64,000 bases of DNA from Paraphysomonas bandaiensis (GCA_965644295.1 CBFFRP010000276.1:87185-151184), one strand, 5' to 3'; numbered from the stretch's first letter, positions 26,452-37,675 are shown. The notes: a model not told the origin generated them from the letters alone. Numbers and translations: made by a program.

Positions 26452-27438
26452 ATGACTGGATCTATACTCCGATATATTGTTCTAGCTACTGTGCCTTTCT
26501 TGTGGGGAACATACGCACCACTGTTGAAATTCATCTACACAACAGAAGAGAATCCTCCTCCTCCAATGTACTTCAATTTGATGTCTTATCTTGCGAGTTT
26601 CTGCACGATGCAGTTAATAGAATGGAGTGATTTTACGGTTGCACCTACTCTACCTATAAATTTGTTAGAAAAATCCGCGTCGATTCATCTTTGGCGCGGA
26701 GGGTTCGAATTAGGAGTGTGGTTGCTGGCAGGCTCGATGCTTTACATATATGGTATTCAGTATACAACTGCAACTAATGCTGCTATTTTGGTTCAATTAA
26801 GTACTGTTATAGTTCCTGTGATGGAATCTGTGCTGAAAGCGTGTTTACCGACCTGGCGTACCTGTGTGGGTTGTGCTCTGGCGATGGTAGGAGTGGCTAT
26901 GGTTATTTCCCATACCGAATCGGACACACCACACATCGTTGCTGACACCGCTATTGGCGATGTTTTAGTCATCGCAGCGTCGATGTTTTATTCTTTGCAT
27001 ATTGTTAGACTGGGAAGTATTGCCAAGTATTTTCCGCCTATACGATTAGCGAAAGTCAAGAGCTTGACACAACTGTCTGTAGCAGGTTTGGTGTTATTAG
27101 TTCTCCTAAATATATCGACAGAAACACAAAAAGAACTCACACTATACTTTTCTGAAACAGGTCGGTCCGGATATTTTCCTAATATGTTCATACTTTTCTG
27201 TGCGTTTTGGAATGGTGCAGTGTGTATAGGCTACACAATGTGGGCACAGACATTTGCACAACGTACGGTCTCTCCTACTCATGCCAGTATTGTATACTCT
27301 ACTCAACCTGTTTGGGCTGTTATATTTTCATCTATACTTATTCATGAAAGCTTATCGTTTTTGAATTGGACTGGAATATTCATACAGCTTCTTGCATGCG
27401 CTATCGTTGCAATTGATATCTCACCAACTATATCGTAG
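26452..27438 (+). CDS. EamA/DMT-family transporter, intronless
   Basis: ~10 TM segments; LWGT..P..K, GFELG, GIQYTTATNAA, GDVL..AASMFYSLH, QTFAQRTVSPTHASIVYSTQPVWA. Confidence 0.88.
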   Translation: MTGSILRYIVLATVPFLWGTYAPLLKFIYTTEENPPPPMYFNLMSYLASFCTMQLIEWSDFTVAPTLPINLLEKSASIHLWRGGFELGVWLLAGSMLYIYGIQYTTATNAAILVQLSTVIVPVMESVLKACLPTWRTCVGCALAMVGVAMVISHTESDTPHIVADTAIGDVLVIAASMFYSLHIVRLGSIAKYFPPIRLAKVKSLTQLSVAGLVLLVLLNISTETQKELTLYFSETGRSGYFPNMFILFCAFWNGAVCIGYTMWAQTFAQRTVSPTHASIVYSTQPVWAVIFSSILIHESLSFLNWTGIFIQLLACAIVAIDISPTIS

Positions 27439-28368
27439 TCGATAGTAAATATGTTAGAAATATATTGTTCATTAAGATAATGGTTACTCCTTTGTGTGTT
27501 TCAGTAGTCATGACCCGTACTATAGATTGATTAAAGCAGTAATAAGAACAATGTGTTCTGCTTATAATGGGGTTCAGGCATTTTTAATGACACATCGCTT
27601 TGCAATTCTAGTATTGAATCTATAGTTCCTACTTTGCTTCTGGCTGTGACATTGGCAAACGATGCTTTATGAATAATGAACATAAAAATAATAATTATTC
27701 TTTAACGACTCCATGAAAAAACGAAATTACCAAATCTTAAATACATTTTCAATGAGGTATTTTTGATATACGAATGGATACTCTCAGTCGCATCAGTTAG
27801 GCTAATAATCACCAAACACTAACAACGTTGCAGAAAACATTGATACATGTGCAGAAATCAGAAATGTTGCTGGCTAGCACAGCAATGGGTTGAAAACATA
27901 AACACAAGTGTACAAGTCGTACTCCTTATCTTCAATACTACTTGTGTACCATTATTCACAGAAATTAGGAATGTTATTTCCTACGTGAGTGCATGTAGGC
28001 ATAAGACTTATTTAACGTATTATTTGATACGCTAATAGAAACTAAAGGGTGGTTGCTTGCTTATTTCAATAAATTCTGATGCGGTTAGTATAGATGATAA
28101 GAACAATATCATTGTGATAAGAGAACCTACACCATTATCTCGAGTTTCTATTATTACTAATTTCATCCGCTCTACTAGCCAATCACTGTAGCACACACAC
28201 TTGAATGGACTATTGTACATGTGCAGGTTTTGGCATGTGAGTCCTTTTTCAAACTTTTTTATCCTTATTTTTATGTACGGAGGTTGTTTATGTAGTAGAA
28301 TAGGGACTCGCTCTCTACAGTAGAAGGCGTGAAAGCCACAAAAATCAAAAACAGTCGTCTTTGCCCCA

Positions 28369-28616
28369 ACCATCCCCCGTAAAACCCACGACACAGACCC
28401 GCCAGGCACATATTGCATAAAGGCAGACCCCCCGACTAACCTCACTACAAGGGACGGTTGCACCATGGTGCTCGCAGCGATGCACAAACAGTCCCGAGAC
28501 GGTTGCCCGCCCCTAGTCGTATATATAGCAAGAAGCCCAGTTATTAGTTAGTCTATAGATGTAAAACTAGTTTCTGTACACACCCGTTCTCAAGTAATAA
28601 TCAGATATTCTTATAT
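28369..28616 (+). mobile_element. 5'-truncated LINE (family A)
   Basis: 15-bp TSD GTCGTCTTTGCCCCA (28354-28368, 28617-28631); homologous to the 3' end of the LINE at 61245-61480; encodes KGRPPD*. Confidence 0.9.
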
Positions 28617-28822
28617 GTCGTCTTTGCCCCATATTGACAGAGTAATTAATCACCGCGTTTGACCGTCTAAGGAGTGCGGCTGAGTGTTGCGACCGCCCAC
28701 CTCTACCTATGTACACATTGCTAGTTCAGCGCTTCTTCACCCGGGTTCTCACTGTATATTTAGCGCTAAAAACCGTGTGATAATGATGTAGCTAGTAGAT
28801 AACATATATGGTTAATAGTATT

Positions 28823-29302
28823 AGTTTGGTACCCACCCAGATCTACCTAAGTACGCGCTCAGAATGGAGCAATCCACATACCTCCGAGCCACTTGGCACA
28901 ATGCCTAAGGGAAGGCCACCAGATCGCCAATCTCAGAAGGGTATATTGCTAACCCTGGTTGCCGTGAGGCACATAAGGCAGTCCCCGATGCAAATTTCAC
29001 AAAATGTATGTATAGTCTTAAGCGTTCCAGCGTGGTAGTAGTAGACTTCGATCACTGCTTTCACTTGTCATTCTGTACGTAGTACAACGTCGTCCCCTAC
29101 ATACACATCTATCATATAGCGAGAATGGTTGCACCTTGGTGCTTGCGGCGACGCACAAGCAGTTCTCGTAGCGTTAAATAGTAAGATAAAAGAGTTTTTA
29201 CTGATTAGTTACATGTAAAAGTCTAACTAGGTTGACTAGCATTCATCTAGCTACTAAGTTGGTGAAGATTTTAAACGCCTATTGCTAAACAAAAGACTTT
29301 CA
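28823..29302 (+). mobile_element. 5'-truncated LINE (family B variant)
   Basis: PKGRPPD codons at ~28904-28924; 3' UTR similar to 24520-24704; TSD uncertain (AATAGTATT/AATAGTGTT). Confidence 0.78.
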
Positions 29303-29566
29303 ATAGTGTTCTATCAGCAATATCGATGGAATTTTTAAACCGGCTCAATAATACTACTGACAATATATTGCAACAGAGTAGTTTCATGAATCTGTAAGTA
29401 AACACATCAGTAAATTACATTTGTAGTACTAGTCATTAAGCTCACACGATAACCTAACTAACTACGCTGACAAGCAAAGACTAGCAATGCTACTCACAAT
29501 TCTACTCATACTCATCAGCTGAGCCATCATGTCCTGTGAACGACGACGCTACAAATCATCCCACCA

Positions 29567-31594
29567 TCATAGAGAATCATCTGAACGCAGCCAATTCAAA
29601 ATATCCATATGATCTCCGTCATTTGCAGCTGCGATGCAATTGTCTCTATACCAGGGACATGGAGGGTCCTGTGAGCGAAGCCACTTCAGTATATACAAGT
29701 GTCCATATCGAGCAGCCATCCAGCAAGTCCGTTCATCCCAGGGAAATGGAGGGTCCTGTGAACGAAGCCACTGCAGTATATCCACGTGTCCATATTTAGC
29801 AGCAGTCCCGCAAGTCCGTTTATCCCAGGGACATGAAGAGACCTGTGAACGAAGCCACTGCAGAACATCCAAGTAACCACCGCTAACAGCATATTCAAAG
29901 CAAACCCATGCATTCCATGGACATGGAGGGTTCTGTGAACGAACCCACTTCAGTATATCCAAGTGCCCATATTCAGCAGTCATCCAGCAAGTCCGTTCAT
30001 CCCAGGGACATGGAGGGTTCTGTGAACGAAGCCACTGCAGTATATCCAAGTGTCCATATTCAGCAGCAATCCCGCAAGTCCGTTCATTCCAGGGACATGA
30101 AGAGACTTGTGAACGAAGCCACTGCAGAACATCCAAGTAACCACCGCTAACAGCATATTCAATGCAAACCCGTGCATCCCAGGGACATGGAGGGTCCTGT
30201 GAACGAAGCCATTGCAGCATATCCCAGTTAGCACACGCAGCTGCAGCAGCACAAGTCTCTTCATTCCAGGGACATGGAGGGTTCTGTGAACGAACCCACT
30301 TCAGTATATCCAAGTGCCCATATTCAGCAGTCATCCAGCAAGTCCGTTCATCCCAGGGACAAGGAGGGTCCTGTGAACGAAGCCACTGCAGTATATCCAA
30401 GTGTCCATATTCAGCAGCAATCCCGCAAGTCCGTTCATTCCAGGGACATGAAGAGACTTGTGAACGAAGCCACTGCAGAACATCCAAGTAACCACCGCTA
30501 ACAGCATATTCAATGCAAACCCGTGCATCCCAGGGACATGGAGGGTCCTGTGAACGAAGCCATTGCAGCATATCCCAGTTAGCACACGCAGCTGCAGCAG
30601 CACAAGTCTCTTCATTCCAGGGACATGGAGGGTCCTGTGAACGAAGCCACTGCAGTATATCCAAGTTAGCACACTCAGCTGCAGTAGCACAAGTCCGTTC
30701 ATTCCAGGGACATGGAGGGTCCTGTGAACGAAGCCACTGCAGTATATCCAAGTGACCACACTCAGCTGCAGCAGCACAAGTCCGTTCATGCCAGGGGCAT
30801 GGAGGGTCCTGTGAACGAAGCCACTGCAGTATATCCAATCGTCCACAACTAGCAGTAGCACAACAAGTCTCTTCATTCCAGGGACATGGAGGGTCCTGTG
30901 AACGAAGCCATTGCAGTATATCCAATCGTCCACAACTAGCAGTAGCACAACAAGTCTCTTCATTCCAGGGACATGGAGGGTCCTGTGAACGAAGCCACTG
31001 CAGTATATCCCAGTTAGCACACTCAGCTGCAGCAGCACAAGTCCGTTCATTCCAGGGACATGGAGGGTCCTGTGAACAAAGCCACTGCAGTATATCCAAG
31101 TGACCATATCGAGCAGCAGAATAACAAGTCAATTCATTCCAGGGACATGGAGGGTCCTGTGAACGAAGCCATTGCAGTACCTCCAAGTATCCCCCTCTTG
31201 CAGCATTTTCTGTAGCCTTCATCTTCCATATGTTACCCCATATGTATGTGGAGTGTCGTATATGTGTATAAGTGTATATATATCTTAAGATGTGTATCAT
31301 TTGCTGTAGTCTGCCATCCAGTGCACATGTATTCATTAGTTTCACGTGAGGGCAGCCCATAGACAGAGCCCATGAGACCATTGAGTTCGTCATACAATAG
31401 TGAGATACATGTGACGTAACTCTTTCACTCCTCTTATCTCTTCTCTTACCTCTCCTCTTATCTCTTCTCTTATCAGTGTATACTATATCGTGAAATCTCT
31501 TCCAAGTTAATATCACTGGAAGGTGAGCTGTGTGTGGGATCATAGAGATAATGACACGAAGAACATCATCATTAAGATCAGATATATGCGACAT
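29567..31594 (-). CDS. F-box-like protein with ~19 CPW-type ankyrin-like repeats (GHLDILQWLRSQDPPCPW), intronless
   Basis: 675-aa ORF; N-terminal ISDLNDDVLRVIISMIP; 26-27 aa (78-81 bp) tandem units with 18 (C/F)PW motifs. Confidence 0.85.
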   Translation of the reverse strand: MSHISDLNDDVLRVIISMIPHTAHLPVILTWKRFHDIVYTDKRRDKRRGKRRDKRSERVTSHVSHYCMTNSMVSWALSMGCPHVKLMNTCALDGRLQQMIHILRYIYTYTHIRHSTYIWGNIWKMKATENAARGGYLEVLQWLRSQDPPCPWNELTCYSAARYGHLDILQWLCSQDPPCPWNERTCAAAAECANWDILQWLRSQDPPCPWNEETCCATASCGRLDILQWLRSQDPPCPWNEETCCATASCGRLDILQWLRSQDPPCPWHERTCAAAAECGHLDILQWLRSQDPPCPWNERTCATAAECANLDILQWLRSQDPPCPWNEETCAAAAACANWDMLQWLRSQDPPCPWDARVCIEYAVSGGYLDVLQWLRSQVSSCPWNERTCGIAAEYGHLDILQWLRSQDPPCPWDERTCWMTAEYGHLDILKWVRSQNPPCPWNEETCAAAAACANWDMLQWLRSQDPPCPWDARVCIEYAVSGGYLDVLQWLRSQVSSCPWNERTCGIAAEYGHLDILQWLRSQNPPCPWDERTCWMTAEYGHLDILKWVRSQNPPCPWNAWVCFEYAVSGGYLDVLQWLRSQVSSCPWDKRTCGTAAKYGHVDILQWLRSQDPPFPWDERTCWMAARYGHLYILKWLRSQDPPCPWYRDNCIAAANDGDHMDILNWLRSDDSL

Positions 31595-31753
31595 ATCTAT
31601 ACTGATAATATGCTGAGTTTACATGAGGCTAATAGAGTGTTAATACACGGCAATATAATGAGATGAGTTCATACTATATCCATATATAGCTACGTAGCTA
31701 CATACCACTGCATCTGTATGATGCCAGTGAGCAGATCAATATGCATTCCGAGC

Positions 31754-31892
31754 GTATCGGCATCCTTTGTATATTTTTGTTCAAATATGCCTCTAATATT
31801 GAGACAACAATTATCTGTATTCCAGCCGTAGTTATACTGCAGTAATGTAGAGTATATTGGATTCAATTTATTTCCGAAAAAGAAGATGCTGA
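31754..31892 (+). repeat. ~135-bp upstream-region repeat, copy 3 (full length)
   Basis: Imperfect terminal inverted repeats TCGGCATCCTT ... AAGATGCTGA. Confidence 0.85.
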
Positions 31893-32380
31893 TGACCACA
31901 GTATGGTGGTAGTCCATACTACATGCACATATATACACAAAATAGCCGTATGATGCAGATATGTGGGGAAAGTTCCTACACATAGAGATATATATACCGC
32001 CGTATACTCTGTATACAGGGAATGATGTACAAGTCATGTCCACAGTGTCTTGTATAGTATAGTCATGTTGTGTCCATAGTCCATAGTGTTGTCTAGGATA
32101 TTTGACAGATTACAATGCAAGTCATTATTATCACAGATAATATCTGAATAAACAAGTTTATAACATTATTCCTATCATCAACTTGTGACTTGTTAGTGCC
32201 CAGTTAAGTTATCATCTATAAGTGCAAGATATATACCACACAGCACGACCTATATGCTTCATACATCTGTGTGATCTATCTGCTTGAGACCTGCCTCACT
32301 CAGCTCTCAGAACAGTAATTTCATAGCACTATCGAATTAACCATTGCTTACATCAGCATCACAGTAAGCGGTGTAATTAT

Positions 32381-33115
32381 ATGCCAATGGCAGTGTGCAA
32401 ATACTGTGACCGAGTATTCCATTCAGAACATTCATTGGAGCAGCATATTGATGCAGCGCACCACTTTGACTGTGGTTATTGTGACCGATCATTCTATTCT
32501 AGACATTCATTAAAGCAGCATATAGTTGCCGTGCATACGAATCTGTGTGGTCATTGTGGACGAATATTTCAATCAGAACGTGCATTGGAGCAACATGTAG
32601 ATGCTGTGCACCACTTGGGCTGTGATTATTGTGGCCGAGTATTTCAATCAGAACATGCATTGGAGCAGCATCAAGATGCATTGCATTCGAATCAATTCCA
32701 GTGTGATTATCATGACACAATGGTCCGATCTAACAGTGCATTGGAGCAGTATGTAGATGATGTGCACCACTTGGGCTGTGATTATTGTGGCCGAGTGTTT
32801 CAATCAGAACATGCATTGGAGCAGCATCAAGATGCATTGCATTCGAATCAATTCCAGTGTGATTATCATGACACAATGGTCCGATCTAGCAGTGCATTGG
32901 AGCAGTATGTAGATGCAGTGCATTCGAATTACTTCGAGTGTGATCATTGTGACCAAGTGTTCCAATCAGAACATTCATTGGAGCTGCATGTATATGCAGT
33001 CCACCACTTTGATTGTGATTATTGTGACCGAGTACTCCATTCCGAACGTGCATTGGAGCAGCATATAGATGCAATGCACAACTATCTGTGGGATTATAGT
33101 GGCCCAAGGTTCTAA
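32381..33115 (+). CDS. C2H2 zinc-finger array protein, paralog 1 (7 intact + 2 degenerate fingers)
   Basis: Repeated CxxC-x12-H-x4-H units. Confidence 0.8.
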   Translation: MPMAVCKYCDRVFHSEHSLEQHIDAAHHFDCGYCDRSFYSRHSLKQHIVAVHTNLCGHCGRIFQSERALEQHVDAVHHLGCDYCGRVFQSEHALEQHQDALHSNQFQCDYHDTMVRSNSALEQYVDDVHHLGCDYCGRVFQSEHALEQHQDALHSNQFQCDYHDTMVRSSSALEQYVDAVHSNYFECDHCDQVFQSEHSLELHVYAVHHFDCDYCDRVLHSERALEQHIDAMHNYLWDYSGPRF

Positions 33116-34090
33116 TCAAATTGGTCATGGGATTAACATGTAGATGCATCGCATTGGAGTTACGGTAGCTATTGTGACTGCGAATTTAAGCTTACCGTCC
33201 ATTTGATTTGTATTTTCTATACGAGCGTACGTGTATGACTTCTTCTATGTATTATTTTGGAATGCTTATACAAGCTTAATGGCGGATGCTTGTTTAATTC
33301 AATAAATGCTGAAAGCGTTTCGAATTGATACAATACCAATTTTCATCATAGGAAAATGATGATAATTTATTGATTTAGGAAATCACGAATCATGGTCTTA
33401 TACACTTATACAATCACCATATTACAGCATATTAATACAATTCATAATTCATAACACTTCAGCTAACCTTACACTATATTTTATTATGTACTGTTTACAA
33501 ACCAATTTACCGCACGCCTAGCTAGACGTATCGTTTTGATGTATACTAGGACAATTCTACACTATTGAGAGTAATTTGAGAAAATTTATTACATCATCTC
33601 GAGTTTTCATAACTATATATATACTATCTTCTACTGGTGTAGATACGTGCACTCTTTAATATTTAATAAACTCTTAATGCGGTTTGTGTTTACTGACGAA
33701 AATTTTCTTTGTTGGAAAAAGACTATGTGAACTTGGTTAGGGTAGTTGGTTTTTGCTATGATTAACTATTTATGCAGATTTTTAATCCTTATTTCTATAT
33801 ACAGAGGTTACTTGTGTAGTGGAATAAGTGTGTATATTACAGCAGTACTGCAAACTCGCAAACCACAAAAACTGACGTACCAGCCAAGGTCGTCTGTGCA
33901 TGTCAACAATATACACAATATATAAGTACAAGATACATAGCACATAACACCACCTATATGCTTCCTACATCTATGCGACCTATCTGCTAGAGACCTGCCT
34001 CACCCAGCTCTCAGAACAGTCCCCCCTAGATAGCACTATCGAATAAACCAGTACTTACATCAGCATTCCAACAAGCATAAATATATTACA

Positions 34091-34237
34091 ATGGCACTGC
34101 GCAAATATTGTGACCGAATATTCCGACCTGACAATTCATTACATTATCATATAGATGCAGCGTACCACTTTGAGTGTGATTATAGTGACCGAACATTCAA
34201 ATATGACTATATTGCAGCTTATGAATACAATTCATAA
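34091..34237 (+). pseudogene. Truncated, degenerate zinc-finger paralog 2
   Basis: MALRKYCDRIFRPDNSLHYHIDAAYHFECDYSDRTF...stop; upstream 33920-34090 is homologous to 32215-32380 and 34955-35116. Confidence 0.75.
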
Positions 34238-35116
34238 TACTTTAGCTAACCTCATCATATACTTTCTTAAATACGGTATACACACACCGATTTACCACCT
34301 TGACATATTGCTTAATAGTCAAATCCTATATACTAGAACAATTAATAGATCAGAGACCTTTCTACAATGCAATCAACATGTACATTGAGAGTAATTTGAA
34401 CCCTGCCTCTCATATCATACGTATATTCATTATAGACTGAGGTTTTCAGTCACTAAAACTAACCTTTTAGTGGGAAAACTCTGAATTTCTGAATACTGAA
34501 ATCTGAAAATTCAGTGGTCAAAAATGGCTTTTAGGTGGCTTATTAAGCAAAACTGAATCTGAACACTGAATGTAGCCATAAAATTTAGTGTTCAGTGGTC
34601 CACTGTGCTTTCTATACTTATTTCTATAATAGGATACTAAGTGAACTAAAAATACCCATTTTTTATATTCAATTTCAACTATTTTGCATACATAAACAAC
34701 TATACATATGCGGGGTTTTGTGCATATTAGTCCTTATTTTATCCTGACTTTTATATAGAATCCAAGCCACAAAAAAACAGTACATTGCAAGAGGATGTCC
34801 ACCACAATATACACAGTGTCCCAGTCGTCAAAGAATGCAATCAATCTATGGTTCGTTCAGCCAGTGGGATGTTAATAGAGAAATTAAATGCATCATCAAG
34901 TGTACAAAGTGTATATATACTGTGTACTGTGTACTTAATACAGTTAAGTTATCATATATAAGTGCAAGATATATAGTACATACATGATCTATATGCTTCC
35001 TACATCTGTATGATCGAGACCAGCGTTACTCAGCTCTCAGAACAGTCCTTAGATAGCACTATCGAATTAACCAGTACTTACATCAGCATTCCAACAAGCG
35101 GCATAACTATATCACA

Positions 35117-37675
35117 ATGGCAATGTGCGAATACTGTTACCGAGTATTTCCATCAGAACATTCATTAGAGCAGCATCAGGATGCAATGCATTGGATTGAA
35201 ATCGAGTGTGATTTATGTGATCGAGTATTCCAATCAAAACGTTCATTGAGGCAGCATCAAGATGCAGTGCATTCGATTGAAATCGAGTGTGACTTATGTG
35301 ACCGAGTATTCCAATCAGAACATGCATTAGAGCAGCACGTAAATGCCGTTCACCACTTTGAGTGTGATATATGCGACCGAGTATTCCAATCAGAACGTGC
35401 ATTAGAGCAGCACGCATATGCCGTACACCACTTCGAGTGTGACTTATGTGATCGAATATTCCAATCAGAACGTTCATTAAGGCAGCATCAAGATGCAGTG
35501 CATTCGATTGAAATCGAGTGTGATCATTGTGACCGAGTATTCCAATCAGAACGTGCATTAGAGCAGCACGTATATGCCGTTCACCACTTCGAATGTGATA
35601 TATGTGACCGAGTATTCCAATCAGAACGTTCATTGAGGCAGCATCAAGATGCCGTACACCACTTCGAGTGTGATTTATGTGATCGTGTATTCCAATCAGA
35701 ACGTGCATTAGAGCAGCACGCATATGCCGTACACCACTTCGAGTGTGATTTATGTGATAGAATATTCCAATCAGAACATTCATTAAGGCAGCATCAGGAG
35801 GCCGTGCATTCGATTGAAATCGAGTGTGATTTATGTGACCGAGTATTCCAATCAGAACGTGCATTAGAGCAGCACGTAAATGCCGTTCACCACTTTGAGT
35901 GTGATTTATGTGATCGGGTATTCCAATCAGAACATTCATTGAGGCAGCATCAGGATGCAGTGCATTCGATTGAAATCGAGTGTGATCATTGTGATCGAGT
36001 ATTTCAATCAGAACGTTCATTAGAGCAGCACGTAAATGCCGTTCACCACTTTGAGTGTGACATTTGTTACCGAGTATTCCAATCAAAACGTTCATTAAGG
36101 CGGCATCAGGATGCAGTGCATTCGATTGAAATCGAGTGTGATCATTGTGACCGAATATTCCAATCAGAACGTGCATTAGAGCAGCACGCATATGCCGTTC
36201 ACCACTTCGAATGTGATATATGCGACCGAGTATTCCAATCAGAACGTTCATTGAGGCAGCATCAGGAGGCCGTGCATTCGATTGAAATCGAGTGTGATTT
36301 ATGTGATGGAGTATTCCAATCAGAACGTGCATTAGAGCAGCATCAAGATGCCGTACACCACTTCGAGTGTGATTTATGTGATCGAATATTCCAATCAGAA
36401 CGTTCATTAAGGCAGCATCAGGATGCAGTGCATTCGATTGAAATCGAGTGTGATCATTGTGACCGAGTATTCCAATCAGAACGTGCATTAGAGCAGCACG
36501 TATATGCCGTTCACCACTTCGAATGTGATATATGCGACCGAGTATTCCAATCAGAACGTTCATTGAGGCAGCATCAGGAGGCCGTGCATTCGATTGAAAT
36601 CGAGTGTGATATATGCGACCGAGTATTCCAATCAGAACGTTCATTGAGGCAGCATCAGGAGGCCGTGCATTCGATTGAAATCGAGTGTGATTTATGTGAT
36701 GGAGTATTCCAATCAGAACGTGCATTAGAGCAGCATCAAGATGCCGTACACCACTTCGAGTGTGATTTATGTGATCGAATATTCCAATCAGAACGTTCAT
36801 TAAGGCAGCATCAGGATGCAGTGCATTCGATTGAAATCGAGTGTGATCATTGTGACCGAGTATTCCAATCAGAACGTGCATTAGAGCAGCACGTATATGC
36901 CGTTCACCACTTCGAATGTGATATATGCGACCGAGTATTCCAATCAGAACGTTCATTGAGGCAGCATCAGGAGGCCGTGCATTCGATTGAAATCGAGTGT
37001 GATTTATGTGATGGAGTATTCCAATCAGAACGTGCATTAGAGCAGCATCAAGATGCCGTACACCACTTCGAGTGTGATTTATGTGATCGAATATTCCAAT
37101 CAGAACGTTCATTAAGGCAGCATCAGGATGCAGTGCATTCGATTGAAATCGAGTGTGATCATTGTGACCGAGTATTCCAATCAGAACGTGCATTAGAGCA
37201 GCACGTATATGCCGTTCACCACTTCGAGTGTGATTTATGTTTCCGAGTATTCCAATCAGAACGTACATTAGAGCAGCACGCATATGCCGTTCACCACTTT
37301 GAGTGTGATTTATGTTTCCGAGTATTCCAATCAGAACATTCATTGAGGCGACATCAAGATGCCGTACACCACTTCGAGTGTGATCATTGCGACCGAGTAT
37401 TCCAATCAGAACGTGCATTAGAGCGGTACGCAGATGCTGTACAAACGAATCATGTCGATTGTGACCGAACAATTCAATCAGAAGGCCCCATTGAGCTTTT
37501 GTTCGCTCTAGATTCGAACGTATCTTCTAGTATGCCTTTTGCTGGAATTAATGATTGCAGGTGGACTTCTGTGTCTGCCCCAATGGCTACCACAACACGA
37601 CCTCCTGTTCCTTTCATGAGGACTGCCAGATCCAGGGCTTCAAGGGATGATTATAATTACTGTATCATAGCGTAA
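35117..37675 (+). CDS. C2H2 zinc-finger array protein, paralog 3 (29 intact + 1 degenerate finger; C-terminal CaaX CIIA)
   Basis: 852-aa ORF made of 75-bp and 81-bp near-identical units. Confidence 0.88.
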   Translation: MAMCEYCYRVFPSEHSLEQHQDAMHWIEIECDLCDRVFQSKRSLRQHQDAVHSIEIECDLCDRVFQSEHALEQHVNAVHHFECDICDRVFQSERALEQHAYAVHHFECDLCDRIFQSERSLRQHQDAVHSIEIECDHCDRVFQSERALEQHVYAVHHFECDICDRVFQSERSLRQHQDAVHHFECDLCDRVFQSERALEQHAYAVHHFECDLCDRIFQSEHSLRQHQEAVHSIEIECDLCDRVFQSERALEQHVNAVHHFECDLCDRVFQSEHSLRQHQDAVHSIEIECDHCDRVFQSERSLEQHVNAVHHFECDICYRVFQSKRSLRRHQDAVHSIEIECDHCDRIFQSERALEQHAYAVHHFECDICDRVFQSERSLRQHQEAVHSIEIECDLCDGVFQSERALEQHQDAVHHFECDLCDRIFQSERSLRQHQDAVHSIEIECDHCDRVFQSERALEQHVYAVHHFECDICDRVFQSERSLRQHQEAVHSIEIECDICDRVFQSERSLRQHQEAVHSIEIECDLCDGVFQSERALEQHQDAVHHFECDLCDRIFQSERSLRQHQDAVHSIEIECDHCDRVFQSERALEQHVYAVHHFECDICDRVFQSERSLRQHQEAVHSIEIECDLCDGVFQSERALEQHQDAVHHFECDLCDRIFQSERSLRQHQDAVHSIEIECDHCDRVFQSERALEQHVYAVHHFECDLCFRVFQSERTLEQHAYAVHHFECDLCFRVFQSEHSLRRHQDAVHHFECDHCDRVFQSERALERYADAVQTNHVDCDRTIQSEGPIELLFALDSNVSSSMPFAGINDCRWTSVSAPMATTTRPPVPFMRTARSRASRDDYNYCIIA

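Noticed and set aside
34435-34610. CTGAA/TTCAG-rich segment resembling a transposon end
   Set aside because: No matching TIR pair or TSD found
29600-37440. Regularly spaced repeats resembling CRISPR arrays
   Set aside because: Units are multiples of 3 nt inside ORFs, the intervening parts are homologous to each other rather than unique spacers, there are no cas genes, and the context is eukaryotic
35112-37472. 786-aa antisense ORF over the zinc-finger array
   Set aside because: Expected by-product of 75/81-bp in-frame repeats whose unit lacks an antisense stop; no independent domain signal
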